From contig OZ241917.1 in NCBI GenBank assembly GCA_965203805.1, positions 1,888,001 through 1,952,000 of the forward strand: a stretch of 64,000 nt of DNA. The letters are read 5' to 3'. The notes below the pieces were generated by a model. That model did no database searches and was not told the origin of the DNA. It saw nothing but the letters and a program-made list of their open reading frames with translations. Position numbers and translations under genes: made by a program. The DNA is from Candidatus Latescibacterota bacterium (GTDB taxonomy: Bacteria > Latescibacterota > UBA2968 > GCA-2709665). Shown in pieces: positions 21,875-31,447 of the stretch. Each line of letters opens with the position of its first letter. Positions within the stretch are counted from its first letter, which is position 1.

Positions 21875-22578
21875 GGCAATTCCTTAAGCTTGAAAAAAGT
21901 CGACATACGGCAGAGTCGGCGTATGCATTTATCGTCTTTTCAGTTTTACTATTGCGTAAACGACATTCTGCAATTCAGACGGCATGGCCGTTTCGTTAAG
22001 ATCGTCTATTGACGATACCGAATCACACAATCCGTAGAAACACTAAGACCATTCATCGGTGACCCACCCGAGTCTTGAATTAGGTAAAATCACCAGCCAT
22101 GGCGCTGACCACGCTGCAATTTCAAAAAAAAATCCTCAAGTTGATCATCCATTGAACTTTCGATTTATGGCGAACATTCGTGAGGCGATTTGTCACCTCC
22201 TGCTTTTTTCTTAAGCGAGATGTTCTCATTCTGCCGCCTCCACCGGCCGAGAAGACGAACCGCAGACACGATTAGTGAGTAATCACTCATTCTACATTTA
22301 TGACTCCAGCAAATCTGAAATCAAGGGGATGGTACGAACGCACACCGTCGCGATGGCAGAAATACGTCGTGGAAATCGCTCGGCGCTTCGGATATTTCGC
22401 GGCGAACAAAGTAGCCGTTTCGACCGAAACGGCGGGCGTCAGATAGGGCCTAAGCAGACGACACTATCTGTTTCGGTTGTCCCCGACCCGCGAAGCCCAT
22501 ATCTACCTATCCCGTTTTTTTCTTCGTTTTAAGAGTCTGGCAGTGCGACATCTACGCGACAGGGCTGGCGAGGCGGCC

Positions 22579-22625
22579 AGACAGGAATGTCCGCCCCACC
22601 TTCAGACCGGCATCCTCAGCATAAC
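22579..22625. repeat. REP-like 47 bp direct repeat, copy 1
   Basis: AGACAGGAATGTCCGCCCCACCTTCAGACCGGCATCCTCAGCATAAC; 42/47 identical to 23821-23867. Confidence 0.85.
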
Positions 22626-22646
22626 AGATCAGGTGCGCGGTTACTC

Positions 22647-23780
22647 TCAGGGTGTGAAAATGAAAATCTGATCCGTAGTCGACTCCCAATCTTGACTGTC
22701 ATCCCTCCACTTGATTCCGCCGGCGACCATCACGCGGCCGTCTTCAAGGAGCGTGGCCGTAGCGAAAGACCTGCGCGGGCTGATGCTGTATCCGGTATTG
22801 GAAAATGCGTGCGTTACGGGATCATACAGTACGATATCGCCGTTGTACGAGCGGATAAGAAGCACGTTGCCGGACGGCAGCAGCAGGGCGGCACTGGGAT
22901 CGATCGTTGAGACGCCGGCCGGTGAAAAGGTATTGGCTTCCGGGTCGTAGATCTCCGCCGTCTGCACGGATGGCCCTCTGCCGGCGCCGCCGCCTATGAT
23001 AAGGACCCTCCCGTCCTCCAGTAGCACCGCCTTATGATTCCTGCGGTCGAACTGCAAGTTGCCTGCTTCCGAAAGGGCTTCGGCCGAGGGATCATAGATA
23101 AGATTCCGTCCCAGCAATCCTGGGTCCCGTCCAACATTCTGTCCTCCAACGATCAACACCCTGCCGTCCTTCAACAGAGTGGCCGTATGGCCGATTCGGG
23201 AACGATCCATCCTGAGCAAGGGGGAGAATGGGCCTGTAGTCGGGTCGAAGACACCCGCGTATAACGTGCTGGTCAAGAAGACCTTTCCGTCGAGAAGCAG
23301 AGTGGCAGTAAGAATCCCAATTCTCCCAGGCAAAACTGCCACAGGGTTGAATCTGCCGGAATGAGCATCGTACCTCTCAATGGGGAGATTGGGATTTCCG
23401 GGGATGATCAGGACCCGGCCGTCGGGAAGCAATATGCCGTGGTCCTCGCTGCGACTGGCGGTCAGGTCTCCCGTTGGCGTTGAGGTCCCGGTTTCAGGGT
23501 CGAATATTTCCGCACTGATGAGACGCTTCGGCTGAGGAATGGGGGTATCCGGGGGAGGCGGCCCCGTGAGTACGACCGGCAGTTCTTCGAGGCCGCCAGC
23601 GATCAGGACCTTGCCATCGTTCAGTAACGTCGCGGCATGCCAATACCGGGGTCGGGTCAGGTTTCCAACCTCGTGAAGACCCCTTTCAAGGGCCGGCGGC
23701 TCTGATGTGGTTACCGAATCGCTTCCGCAAGCCCACAAGCTCGTGACGACAAACAGCGCAAACAGGATTCTGGTGGTCAT
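22647..23780 (-). CDS. Kelch/galactose-oxidase-like repeat lipoprotein
   Basis: Start MTTRILF with AAAGGAG RBS, lipobox LWAC, repeated HxATLLxDGRVLIxGG...AEIYDP blades. Confidence 0.85.
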   Translation of the reverse strand: MTTRILFALFVVTSLWACGSDSVTTSEPPALERGLHEVGNLTRPRYWHAATLLNDGKVLIAGGLEELPVVLTGPPPPDTPIPQPKRLISAEIFDPETGTSTPTGDLTASRSEDHGILLPDGRVLIIPGNPNLPIERYDAHSGRFNPVAVLPGRIGILTATLLLDGKVFLTSTLYAGVFDPTTGPFSPLLRMDRSRIGHTATLLKDGRVLIVGGQNVGRDPGLLGRNLIYDPSAEALSEAGNLQFDRRNHKAVLLEDGRVLIIGGGAGRGPSVQTAEIYDPEANTFSPAGVSTIDPSAALLLPSGNVLLIRSYNGDIVLYDPVTHAFSNTGYSISPRRSFATATLLEDGRVMVAGGIKWRDDSQDWESTTDQIFIFTP

Positions 23781-23820
23781 TTTCTGTCTCCTTTCCGACC
23801 GAAGGATACACGATGTGGAC

Positions 23821-23867
23821 AGACAGGAATGTCCGCCCCACCTGCAGACCGGATTCCTCTGCATGAC
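23821..23867. repeat. REP-like 47 bp direct repeat, copy 2
   Basis: AGACAGGAATGTCCGCCCCACCTGCAGACCGGATTCCTCTGCATGAC; more REP-like fragments (CTTCGACAGG, CTTCGGCAAGCTCAG) at about 23970-24015. Confidence 0.85.
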
Positions 23868-24393
23868 GGTTCCGCGCAGGCGGCGGACATCCTGCTTCTC
23901 AGGTGTCGCCGCGTGTAAATAGCGCAGAGATGATCCCATGCTGCAGTAGATCCTTCGTCGGCCTGGGGACCCTTCGACGGGCTCGCTTCGACAGGCCACT
24001 TCGGCAAGCTCAGTGCAAGCAGCACAAGCAGGGCAAGTCCTCTGGATGACAGCCGGAAGCTTCGTGCTCGTGTAACCAGGTTGATCAAACCTTCCTAAAC
24101 ACCATCTCTTAAACGGATTTCGCCAATGTTGTTAAAAATGAGGTGCCGGTTTGTAATCCGGTGTCTTCGGACAAATGGGAAACGGTCGCCTGAGATGGTT
24201 TAATTAAACTGGGAGAAACTGTCACATGCCGCTGATCTTACGTTTGATCAAATCAAAAACGAACACGATTTACAGCGATTGGAAAAACAACTGATGACGA
24301 GACATCCTCCCAATATCATCTTCATGGTATGTGAAGATCAATAGGGTGCGATTGTCTAAAATCCAACATTTCCGCTAGATGACAAAGCCCAAT

Positions 24394-24657
24394 TTAGCTG
24401 CTCGCCAATTTACCGGACACATAACGAACCATAGAATTCACAGAATCGAAGAGGTCGACGCGTAATTCTTCGTCATCCACCTCAATTCCAAACTCCTGTT
24501 CAAGAGCAAAGATGATTTCTAGTGCGGCAATCGAGTCAACTCCCACGCCCTCGAAAAGCAACTCATCATCGGCAATGTCGTTAGGGTCAATACTCAGGCG
24601 GAGTGACTGGACGATCGCAGATTTTACACGCTGTCCAATGAGCGTCAATTCTTCCAT
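24394..24657 (-). CDS. Acyl carrier protein with intact phosphopantetheine Ser
   Basis: 87 aa, acidic, LFEGVGVDSIAALEIIFALEQEFGIEV. Overlaps the end of the S8 fusion gene. Confidence 0.9.
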   Translation of the reverse strand: MEELTLIGQRVKSAIVQSLRLSIDPNDIADDELLFEGVGVDSIAALEIIFALEQEFGIEVDDEELRVDLFDSVNSMVRYVSGKLASS

Positions 24658-26561
24658 CCGTTTTTCTTGTCCTCGGTAAAGTGATTGATTGCCACATCAA
24701 CCGCCTTTTGAATACCCTCTGCCGACGAAATACATATGGCGGGTAATCCAAAAGACCGTTCCAATTGTCCCAACTTACAGGCTACTTCGGCTTGAGTCAG
24801 CGGTCGCGGTCTTATCGACGTTCGACCATACCTAGCCTGCACTCCCTTTTCAAAGTCTGACGTGGCTAGCAACAATGTGGGCGCGTGACAAAATGCGCGA
24901 ATGCCGTTGACCGTGTCCTGAATATAGTCTTCGGGATCGACACTGTTTACCACCAATATGCAAGCATCAGGCTTCACACCCATTAAAAAAGCAATGGTGG
25001 GCAGCGTCAAAGTATGCTTGTCGCATACGTCATAGGGAACCGTTCCGGATTGGGTACCGACCAAAATGAGATGAGGTCGCGTTTGGTAGCAAATCTCGCG
25101 CATCTTCGCATCGAGAAACGGAATATAGTATTCAGTCGGAATTCGAACAGAGGGTGCGTAGCCCATTGGAAACCCATAATCCATGCCGAATAGCTCGGAA
25201 TGATGTTCAGTCCCAATCTGTGCAATCCGAAACCCTAGTTCTAGCAATCTTCGCCGGAACGCTAATTGAAGAGAAAATTTACCCTGTTGCGAACTCGTAC
25301 CTACTATAGCCAAAACCGGTACATCCACTTCGGGGATCGATGAGCATCCATCGATTGTACGGCTCGCCTCTTCAAACGACAGCTCAGGATAATACAGTCT
25401 CAATCCTTTAGAAGCAGCGACTTCATGCAAGTCACCGTACTCCGCGTGAGGTAGTGCAAGTAGGCTGAACACGTTTACTTCATTATCGAGTGCGACCTGA
25501 ACGCACTTTCTAAGGAAATCGCTCTTACGGATTCGACTCAATTCATCAACGTAACCAAGAATCAGAGTGTCTGCATGCTCCAGACACGCCGACAGCCGGG
25601 ATGTGATCCGGAGACCCTTATTACACAGGCCGATTGCTTCCCCTGCATCGCTGCCGACCAATCCCTTTCCGACAGGATCGGATATGCCCACGACCTGAAA
25701 GCCCAATAGGTCATTCGCACGAACTACGGCGTGCATTTCCTTATTATACGGGTAGAGGCAGGCCTTGCGTATCCACGAGAAGCGATCCTCTGCAGCAGAC
25801 GGGACCTTGATGGATGACGCAGGGTTTGTTACGAGAGGAGGCGCCGTTTCGGATACTGCGTGGTTACTCAGAATCTCACGGATCTGTTGCAAGCAGGCAC
25901 CAGGGTAAGCCTGCCGGATTAGCGCGATCAGACCGGTTATATGTGGCGCAGCGAAACTGGTACCGCCCATCATTATTTCCTTCGGCTCCAACCAACACAC
26001 CCGTTGGGGGTCGCCGCGCGCAATGCACTCAATCGGTCGACCGGCGCGATAATAGTAGTCGTACGGGCCAAGCAACGCACCCGAACCGACACCAATGACG
26101 TCGGCTAACAACGCAGGATACGAGTCACGTCCCTCGTTATTTGCGGATGCTACCAAAAGAGTACCAACGCTGACTGCATTGCGACAGACGTTTGCCAACT
26201 CGTCACGATAAGCGATATCCGTTGTTCCCAAGCTTAGATTTACAATGTCGATTCCGTGCGCAACTGTCCATTCGATGGCCGCTATGAGCAGTCGTGGTTC
26301 CGTCGACAAGGATTCGTCAAAAACTCGGATACTATAAATTGAGGCGTCCATCGCTTTCCGCCGGATAATACCTGCACAGGCCGTTCCGTGACCCACGCAG
26401 TCTTCAAAATCAGAACCATAGATTAAATCCCCTGCTTTACCGACTGATATAGAAACCCCGCCTGTCAACGGACCAACCTTCGGGTGGTCCGGCACGATGC
26501 CACTATCTATAACTGCGACGGCAACGCCGCGTCCGGTCAAGTTTGAAAACGGAAAACTCAT
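24645..26561 (-). CDS. Subtilisin (S8) peptidase fused to a TIGR04066/DUF1611-like P-loop peptide-maturation domain
   Basis: Triad motifs VAVIDSG, GHGTACAG and GTSFAAP; no signal peptide. C-half has LYPYNKE..., GKGLVGSDAG, VPVLAIVGTSSQQGKFSLQL, IAQIGTEHHSELFG and KPDACILVVN. Confidence 0.8.
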   Translation of the reverse strand: MSFPFSNLTGRGVAVAVIDSGIVPDHPKVGPLTGGVSISVGKAGDLIYGSDFEDCVGHGTACAGIIRRKAMDASIYSIRVFDESLSTEPRLLIAAIEWTVAHGIDIVNLSLGTTDIAYRDELANVCRNAVSVGTLLVASANNEGRDSYPALLADVIGVGSGALLGPYDYYYRAGRPIECIARGDPQRVCWLEPKEIMMGGTSFAAPHITGLIALIRQAYPGACLQQIREILSNHAVSETAPPLVTNPASSIKVPSAAEDRFSWIRKACLYPYNKEMHAVVRANDLLGFQVVGISDPVGKGLVGSDAGEAIGLCNKGLRITSRLSACLEHADTLILGYVDELSRIRKSDFLRKCVQVALDNEVNVFSLLALPHAEYGDLHEVAASKGLRLYYPELSFEEASRTIDGCSSIPEVDVPVLAIVGTSSQQGKFSLQLAFRRRLLELGFRIAQIGTEHHSELFGMDYGFPMGYAPSVRIPTEYYIPFLDAKMREICYQTRPHLILVGTQSGTVPYDVCDKHTLTLPTIAFLMGVKPDACILVVNSVDPEDYIQDTVNGIRAFCHAPTLLLATSDFEKGVQARYGRTSIRPRPLTQAEVACKLGQLERSFGLPAICISSAEGIQKAVDVAINHFTEDKKNGWKN

Positions 26562-26672
26562 CGCACCTGTTCACGAAAAAGCTAAAGGAGGACGGCGATA
26601 TTCTCACGAATATCGCATTGCCAGGAAATCGGTTAGAGTTGTTTCCCCCAACTTCTCCTAAAAGCAGAAATA

Positions 26673-27164
26673 CTAACCTCCGTCATCGGTCTCGGTTGCC
26701 ACCGGAAATCCCGCCTCGGCCCACAACGGCCATCCACCGGAAAGCACCCTGACGTTTGCATATGTGAATTCTCGTGCGAGGCGCCGCGCTACATCATAGC
26801 TACTCATACATGTAGCATTTGCACAGTAGACGATAATATCGGTATCCGCCGGATAAGGCTCAAGCACACGATGCAATTCGGAAGTCGAATAGTGATATGA
26901 CAGACGGACAGCACCCGGAATATGCCCACCATTAAATGCCTCAGCCGAGCGAGCATCTACAAATAACGCTGCTCCCCTGTCATATTGGTGCTTAGCTTCA
27001 ACTAAATCCAATGTCCCAATAGCCTGTTCTTCTAAAGTGCCGACATTTGCAAGAGGAAGTCCAGCCACCGTCCGCCGGGCATAAAACCACTCGGTCAATT
27101 GAAGGACGGCACAATACATCACAATTAATATGAATACCAGTGAAACTATAACCCATCGCCACAC
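26673..27164 (-). CDS. Membrane-anchored rhodanese-domain protein
   Basis: N-terminal TM; LFVDARS..F..GHIPGA, IIVYCANATC, VLSGGWPLW. Confidence 0.85.
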   Translation of the reverse strand: MWRWVIVSLVFILIVMYCAVLQLTEWFYARRTVAGLPLANVGTLEEQAIGTLDLVEAKHQYDRGAALFVDARSAEAFNGGHIPGAVRLSYHYSTSELHRVLEPYPADTDIIVYCANATCMSSYDVARRLAREFTYANVRVLSGGWPLWAEAGFPVATETDDGG

Positions 27165-27193
27165 GAATTCGTATCCAATTCGGGACTCTTATT

Positions 27194-27390
27194 AACCTTG
27201 ATTCGAAAGTCCCCGGGGACGTTAATTCGAATATGTGCTTTAAATAAAGGCGATTAGACGGCGGAAACCGAGGATACACCAGGTCACTGGACGTGAAGGG
27301 AAAAAACATCTTTCTTTATGTCGACAACGCCCCGTTTCGGAGGGTTTTATCGCGTCGCCGCGTTGCTGTTTTTTTCGGATTGAGGTTAAT
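27194..27390. repeat. ~200 bp duplicated intergenic module, copy A
   Basis: Collinear with 31203-31402. Shared blocks AACCTTGATTC, AAAGGCGATTAGAC, AGGATACAxCAGGxCACTGxACGTGAA, TCGCGTCGCCGCGTTGC, TCGGATxGAGGxTAAT. Confidence 0.85.
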
Positions 27391-29068
27391 TGCGTGCCGT
27401 TGAAAAAAAACTGTTTAAGAAACTTTGTTTCTGGAGCAACGCCTGAGGTTGACCCTGTTCAACTACGGTGCCGTTATCAATGCAGATCACTTCATCCACA
27501 TTTCGGACGACGTTTAGTCTATGACTGATAACTAGGATTGTCTTTCCAGCAAATATCCGTCGGACATTTCGAAGAATCGTGTGTTCATTTTGGGGATCCA
27601 AAGCTGCGGTCGCTTCGTCCATGATTAGCAACTCCGCAGGATTCAACAGGGCTCTAGCAATTGCAAGCCGTTGTCGTTGCCCACCCGACATCTGTACTCC
27701 TTGCTCTCCTATAGTTTCATGTTGATTCAGATCGTTCAGACCAACCATCTCCATGACGCGGTCGATTTCTGATGAGTTATACCGAGCCGATCCGTACCGG
27801 ATATTCTCGCCGACGCTATCGTGAAATAGGTGGACTCGTTGGCTAACCAAACTGATATTTCGCCTCAAGTCCGACAGTTCGAATTCTCGCATTTGAACAT
27901 TGTCAATGTTGATGCAACCTCGATCGGGAAGATGAAGCCCACAAAGCAAATTGGCAATCGTCGACTTTCCACTTCCACTCGCACCTACCAAAGCATACGA
28001 TTTCCCTTTTGCCATACTAAATTTCACTCCTCGAAGTACTGTCTGACTCTCAAAACTAAAATAAACATCTTGAAGGTCAATCTGCCTCCCGAAGGTAAAC
28101 TGTTTTCGTCCAGCAAAAAAACCAACCTCCGAGGGAATCTGCATAAACTCCAACACGCGACGCATGGAAACCAACCCTCGAACGAGCCCAATGTACATAT
28201 CGTGCAGGTTCCGGACTGGCTGGAAAAGACGTACCGAGTACTGTAGGAAGGCAACTAGAGCGCCAAGCGACATGACGTCTTGCATAACCTGATACGCTCC
28301 GAATCCCATAATGAAGAGGGGGGTTAACGCGGCCAACCCTCCTGACACACTATTCATTGAGGCATAGTACAGGACATTGCGCATGATTAATTCAATTAGA
28401 TCATCCGACATAAAACGAAATCTATCGGTTTCTCGCCTCGAACTATTCGTAAGTTTAATTAATGAGACGTTTTTAAATCGTTCAATTACGTAGCTGGAAA
28501 TGTCGGACCCCTTTTTCTGAATCTTTTCGATATTCCGTCTAATCCTAGGCTGAAAATAGGTCAGATTTAATACAAACAACGGGACGCCGATTACAGTCAG
28601 CAAAAAAAGGGAGGCATTTAGCCACATCAGCAATACGATCAGCCCAATCAAAGTCAGGACACTGTGGATCGAGTGCAACGCGCTGGAAGTCAGCATCGAC
28701 TCAATCACTGCCACATCACTATTGAGCCGGTAGACCAAATCTCCTGTCTTTCGATTGTCAAGTGAGCTTATCGGTAAATCCAACAACTTACGAAACATCC
28801 GCACTCGCATATCCCGAACAATGCGATTACTGCACCACGCGTAGAGGTAGTTTGATGCGAAAGACAAGATCATATTAGTTAACATCAAACCGCAGAGAAG
28901 TCCGATCGCGACTAGAAGAGTGGTATATTGTTTGGCTGGAATTATGTCATCGATAATCGTCTTCGTAATGTACGGTGGAGCTAAGGAAACCGCAGTGGTA
29001 AGGACAAGACAGATCACAACGATTAATCCCTTAAAGCGGTAGGGATTCAGGAATTTGGCAAATCGCAC
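27386..29068 (-). CDS. ABC exporter (fused TMD-NBD, no C39 domain)
   Basis: 6-TM region, Walker A GASGSGKS, signature MSGGQRQR, Walker B LLIMDEATAALD. Confidence 0.92.
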   Translation of the reverse strand: MRFAKFLNPYRFKGLIVVICLVLTTAVSLAPPYITKTIIDDIIPAKQYTTLLVAIGLLCGLMLTNMILSFASNYLYAWCSNRIVRDMRVRMFRKLLDLPISSLDNRKTGDLVYRLNSDVAVIESMLTSSALHSIHSVLTLIGLIVLLMWLNASLFLLTVIGVPLFVLNLTYFQPRIRRNIEKIQKKGSDISSYVIERFKNVSLIKLTNSSRRETDRFRFMSDDLIELIMRNVLYYASMNSVSGGLAALTPLFIMGFGAYQVMQDVMSLGALVAFLQYSVRLFQPVRNLHDMYIGLVRGLVSMRRVLEFMQIPSEVGFFAGRKQFTFGRQIDLQDVYFSFESQTVLRGVKFSMAKGKSYALVGASGSGKSTIANLLCGLHLPDRGCINIDNVQMREFELSDLRRNISLVSQRVHLFHDSVGENIRYGSARYNSSEIDRVMEMVGLNDLNQHETIGEQGVQMSGGQRQRLAIARALLNPAELLIMDEATAALDPQNEHTILRNVRRIFAGKTILVISHRLNVVRNVDEVICIDNGTVVEQGQPQALLQKQSFLNSFFSTARN

Positions 29069-29107
29069 AATTGCGTTTATTGATGAGATGTGTGGCTCCG
29101 CGGAAAA

Positions 29108-29800
29108 CTAAAAGGGATCACTGAGGACACCGCGCCCCTTGATAAACTCCAATAGAGACATACCGTGCATTTCTTTCAAGGGTGAATCAGCGAAACCCTC
29201 AACATTAATCTCAAAAGCAGGCATATGATTGTAAACAAGATCAACGAAGAACAAGGATGTGAATTGCTCCGCTTGGATTAGAGGAAGGTGGCATCGAATT
29301 ATCCTGTTTTCTGGACTGACAAGAAAAACCACAGGAGTTCGCACGAACAACCCATCGGAATCCTCTGGTTCTAGCGGAACACCTAACTGAAACGTCAACC
29401 TGAAGGCTCGCTTAAATTTAGTCAATTCTGATTGATCCCCATTTGAAATGGCGTAAATCGGCATCTCTAAGGAGTCCTTTAGGTTGTCGTGGATGTGTTG
29501 CAGCGCCCGTAATATTAGATTGATGCAAGGTTGGCACGAATTCGGCGAAAACAAAAACACCAAGCCGGTCTTTGATCCTGAAAAGTCAGTACTTACCGTA
29601 TCATTGCCAGTCGTGCGAATTGACAATTTTGGAAATCCGCGACCGACTATCAGATCCTGCCGGTAGGTATTGACCACAAACGTGCGGTAAAACCGTAGAT
29701 CGGTGAGATGTAATCTGAATAACCAGGCGAGGGAGACGACTAGACCAATTAGGAAAAGCAGATTCGATACTACCAATAATCTCGTTATCCGCATAGTCAT
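29108..29800 (-). CDS. Membrane-anchored thioredoxin-like (TlpA/redoxin) protein
   Basis: N-terminal TM, LVFLFSPNSCQPC (CxxC), VRTPVVFLV cis-Pro loop. Confidence 0.7.
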   Translation of the reverse strand: MTMRITRLLVVSNLLFLIGLVVSLAWLFRLHLTDLRFYRTFVVNTYRQDLIVGRGFPKLSIRTTGNDTVSTDFSGSKTGLVFLFSPNSCQPCINLILRALQHIHDNLKDSLEMPIYAISNGDQSELTKFKRAFRLTFQLGVPLEPEDSDGLFVRTPVVFLVSPENRIIRCHLPLIQAEQFTSLFFVDLVYNHMPAFEINVEGFADSPLKEMHGMSLLEFIKGRGVLSDPF

Positions 29801-30299
29801 ACCGAAACTTTACAACAACCGTCGTTGCAGTCCATAGAGGTTATTGTAGTTTCTCGAATGAATTCTGTACGGTTCAAAACCACCGAATCCCCCGGGTAGG
29901 GTATTTGTCGCACTCCATATTTTACATCCTTATAATCTTATAAATTCGGCAATATCCAGCTTCTCGGAATCCAATCAAATGGACTGCCACAACGCGCGGA
30001 CTGTCTATTGAATTCCAAAAAAAATAGAAGCACTTTCCATTCCAGTAAGGCCTCCATTGAACTCCTGATTCTGGTCTTCGCACCTTCGGAAGATGTGGAG
30101 CTAAACCCACTATCAGCAGGGAATCTGCACTGAATTGCTCCCCAATCAAATACGACGAACGCGTCTAATACCACTGAATGCATCAGCCCCATTTGCAAAG
30201 AATCCTTGGAACCCGCGCCAGAATACGGATCCGATCCGCCAACTGAACGCACTGCGACAGGTCCGCTTTCAAGCCAACCGACGTCTACTGGACGTCCAA

Positions 30300-30800
30300 A
30301 GCATCAGCCACGACTGGACCGTCGGCGAAGATGCCTTCCAAAAGCTCTAACAGCCGCAACAAATCGACGGCCAACGGGTATGTGCCCTACGCTTCGGCGG
30401 CCGTCGCACACAGATGCTCTTGCGGGCACTGGTCATCTTCCGAACGCAGGCGCGCATCCTAAGATCCGGACTCACCCTCGACAAGACCACGCCAAACCAC
30501 CTACGCAGCGCATTCGACAGACTCGAAACTTTGATCGACCAACATTGCGATCATGCCAAACTCGCTGCTTGAAGCTTGACTCAAACACCACAAAAACCGC
30601 CGACTAAGCAGGCTAGGGCTGCAGAAAGAATGCGCCAACCCAAGCTATTGCCACTGGCTCTCTGTGCTCTTTGCGCTGGATGAAGCCTTCCCCAAACACG
30701 ACATCAACCCCGCTGGCCGCGTAAGATCGAAGCGATTTCCCAGCCGCACACTGGCGACAACCAATCCCATAGAATCCACGTTCACCACCGCAGCAGAGGG
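30300..30800 (+). pseudogene. Degraded IS debris including an IS256-like fragment
   Basis: RTLATTNPIESTF at about 30746-30785 matches the IS256 C-terminal motif also seen at 10920-11369. No intact ORF. Confidence 0.5.
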
Positions 30801-30866
30801 ATTCTTCGATCCAATAAACAGCACCAATATCATACGTTTAACGTAATTACCGAAGTTAACGAAAGA

Positions 30867-31188
30867 CCGAAATACGGATCCGATCCACCATTTCAGTCAA
30901 CGAGAGTAATACCTAAATGTTATACCATTCCGACCAATAGGTATCTCCCGAATTACAAAGGGCAACTTCGATCTCATTCGAGGCATTGCAAGAATAGTGG
31001 TCTCTCCGCTGCAACTGACCATTGTGGCACCTTTTTTCGAACCCGTCATTGAACCATTGATATCCATCGTACCATTCGTACGCGTATATCAATGTATCCT
31101 GTCGACGGTTCCGTGGTTTTCGTAGCAAGTTCATGTTGCCTCCCTTCTGAGAGTTTGAGAATTGGTGGATCGGAATCCGTAGTTTCGG
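30867..31188. repeat. Imperfect inverted repeats flanking precursor 2
   Basis: 30867-30890 CCGAAATACGGATCCGATCCACCA versus the reverse complement of 31163-31188, CCGAAACTACGGATTCCGATCCACCA. A third partial direct copy lies at 30222-30241. Confidence 0.8.
30913..31134 (-). CDS. Putative RiPP precursor 2 (73 aa; CLI_3235-like leader, Trp/Tyr/Cys-rich core)
   Basis: RBS AAGGGAGG-CAAC-ATG. Sequence MNLLRKPRNRRQDTLIYAY-EWYDGYQWFNDGFEKRCHNGQLQRRDHYSCNASNEIEVALCNSGDTYWSEWYNI. Confidence 0.7.
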   Translation of the reverse strand: MNLLRKPRNRRQDTLIYAYEWYDGYQWFNDGFEKRCHNGQLQRRDHYSCNASNEIEVALCNSGDTYWSEWYNI

Positions 31189-31202
31189 CAAATCGCAAAG
31201 CA

Positions 31203-31402
31203 AACCTTGATTCCTCATTTTTCGAGGACGTTTATTTGAATTTGTGTCAGTCAGTTAAAAAGGCGATTAGACTGCTGATTACCAGGATACAACAGGACAC
31301 TGTACGTGAACGGAAGAAATGTCCTTCCTTAAGACCATTTCGGCACCATTCGGAGAGTTCCGTCGCGTCGCCGCGTTGCGATTTTATCGGATCGAGGCTA
31401 AT
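31203..31402. repeat. ~200 bp duplicated intergenic module, copy B
   Basis: Collinear with 27194-27390; lies directly upstream of precursor 2. Confidence 0.85.
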
Positions 31403-31447
31403 GAATGAGATAGATGCATCGATCGGATAAATCGACACGATTTACAG

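Noticed and set aside
20490-22300. Possible MauE/DoxX fragments either side of the BtrH-like gene (AWSAPWL, GLDIAG)
   Set aside because: The matches are too short and broken to support without a profile search.
29922-30252. Short ORFs with an aromatic/Cys stretch (QWRPYWNGKCFYFFWN) as a possible third precursor
   Set aside because: No convincing RBS or leader, two competing frames, and adjacent IS debris.
22579-31402. Repeats considered as a CRISPR array
   Set aside because: Only 2-3 copies each, far apart, with no regular spacers or cas genes.
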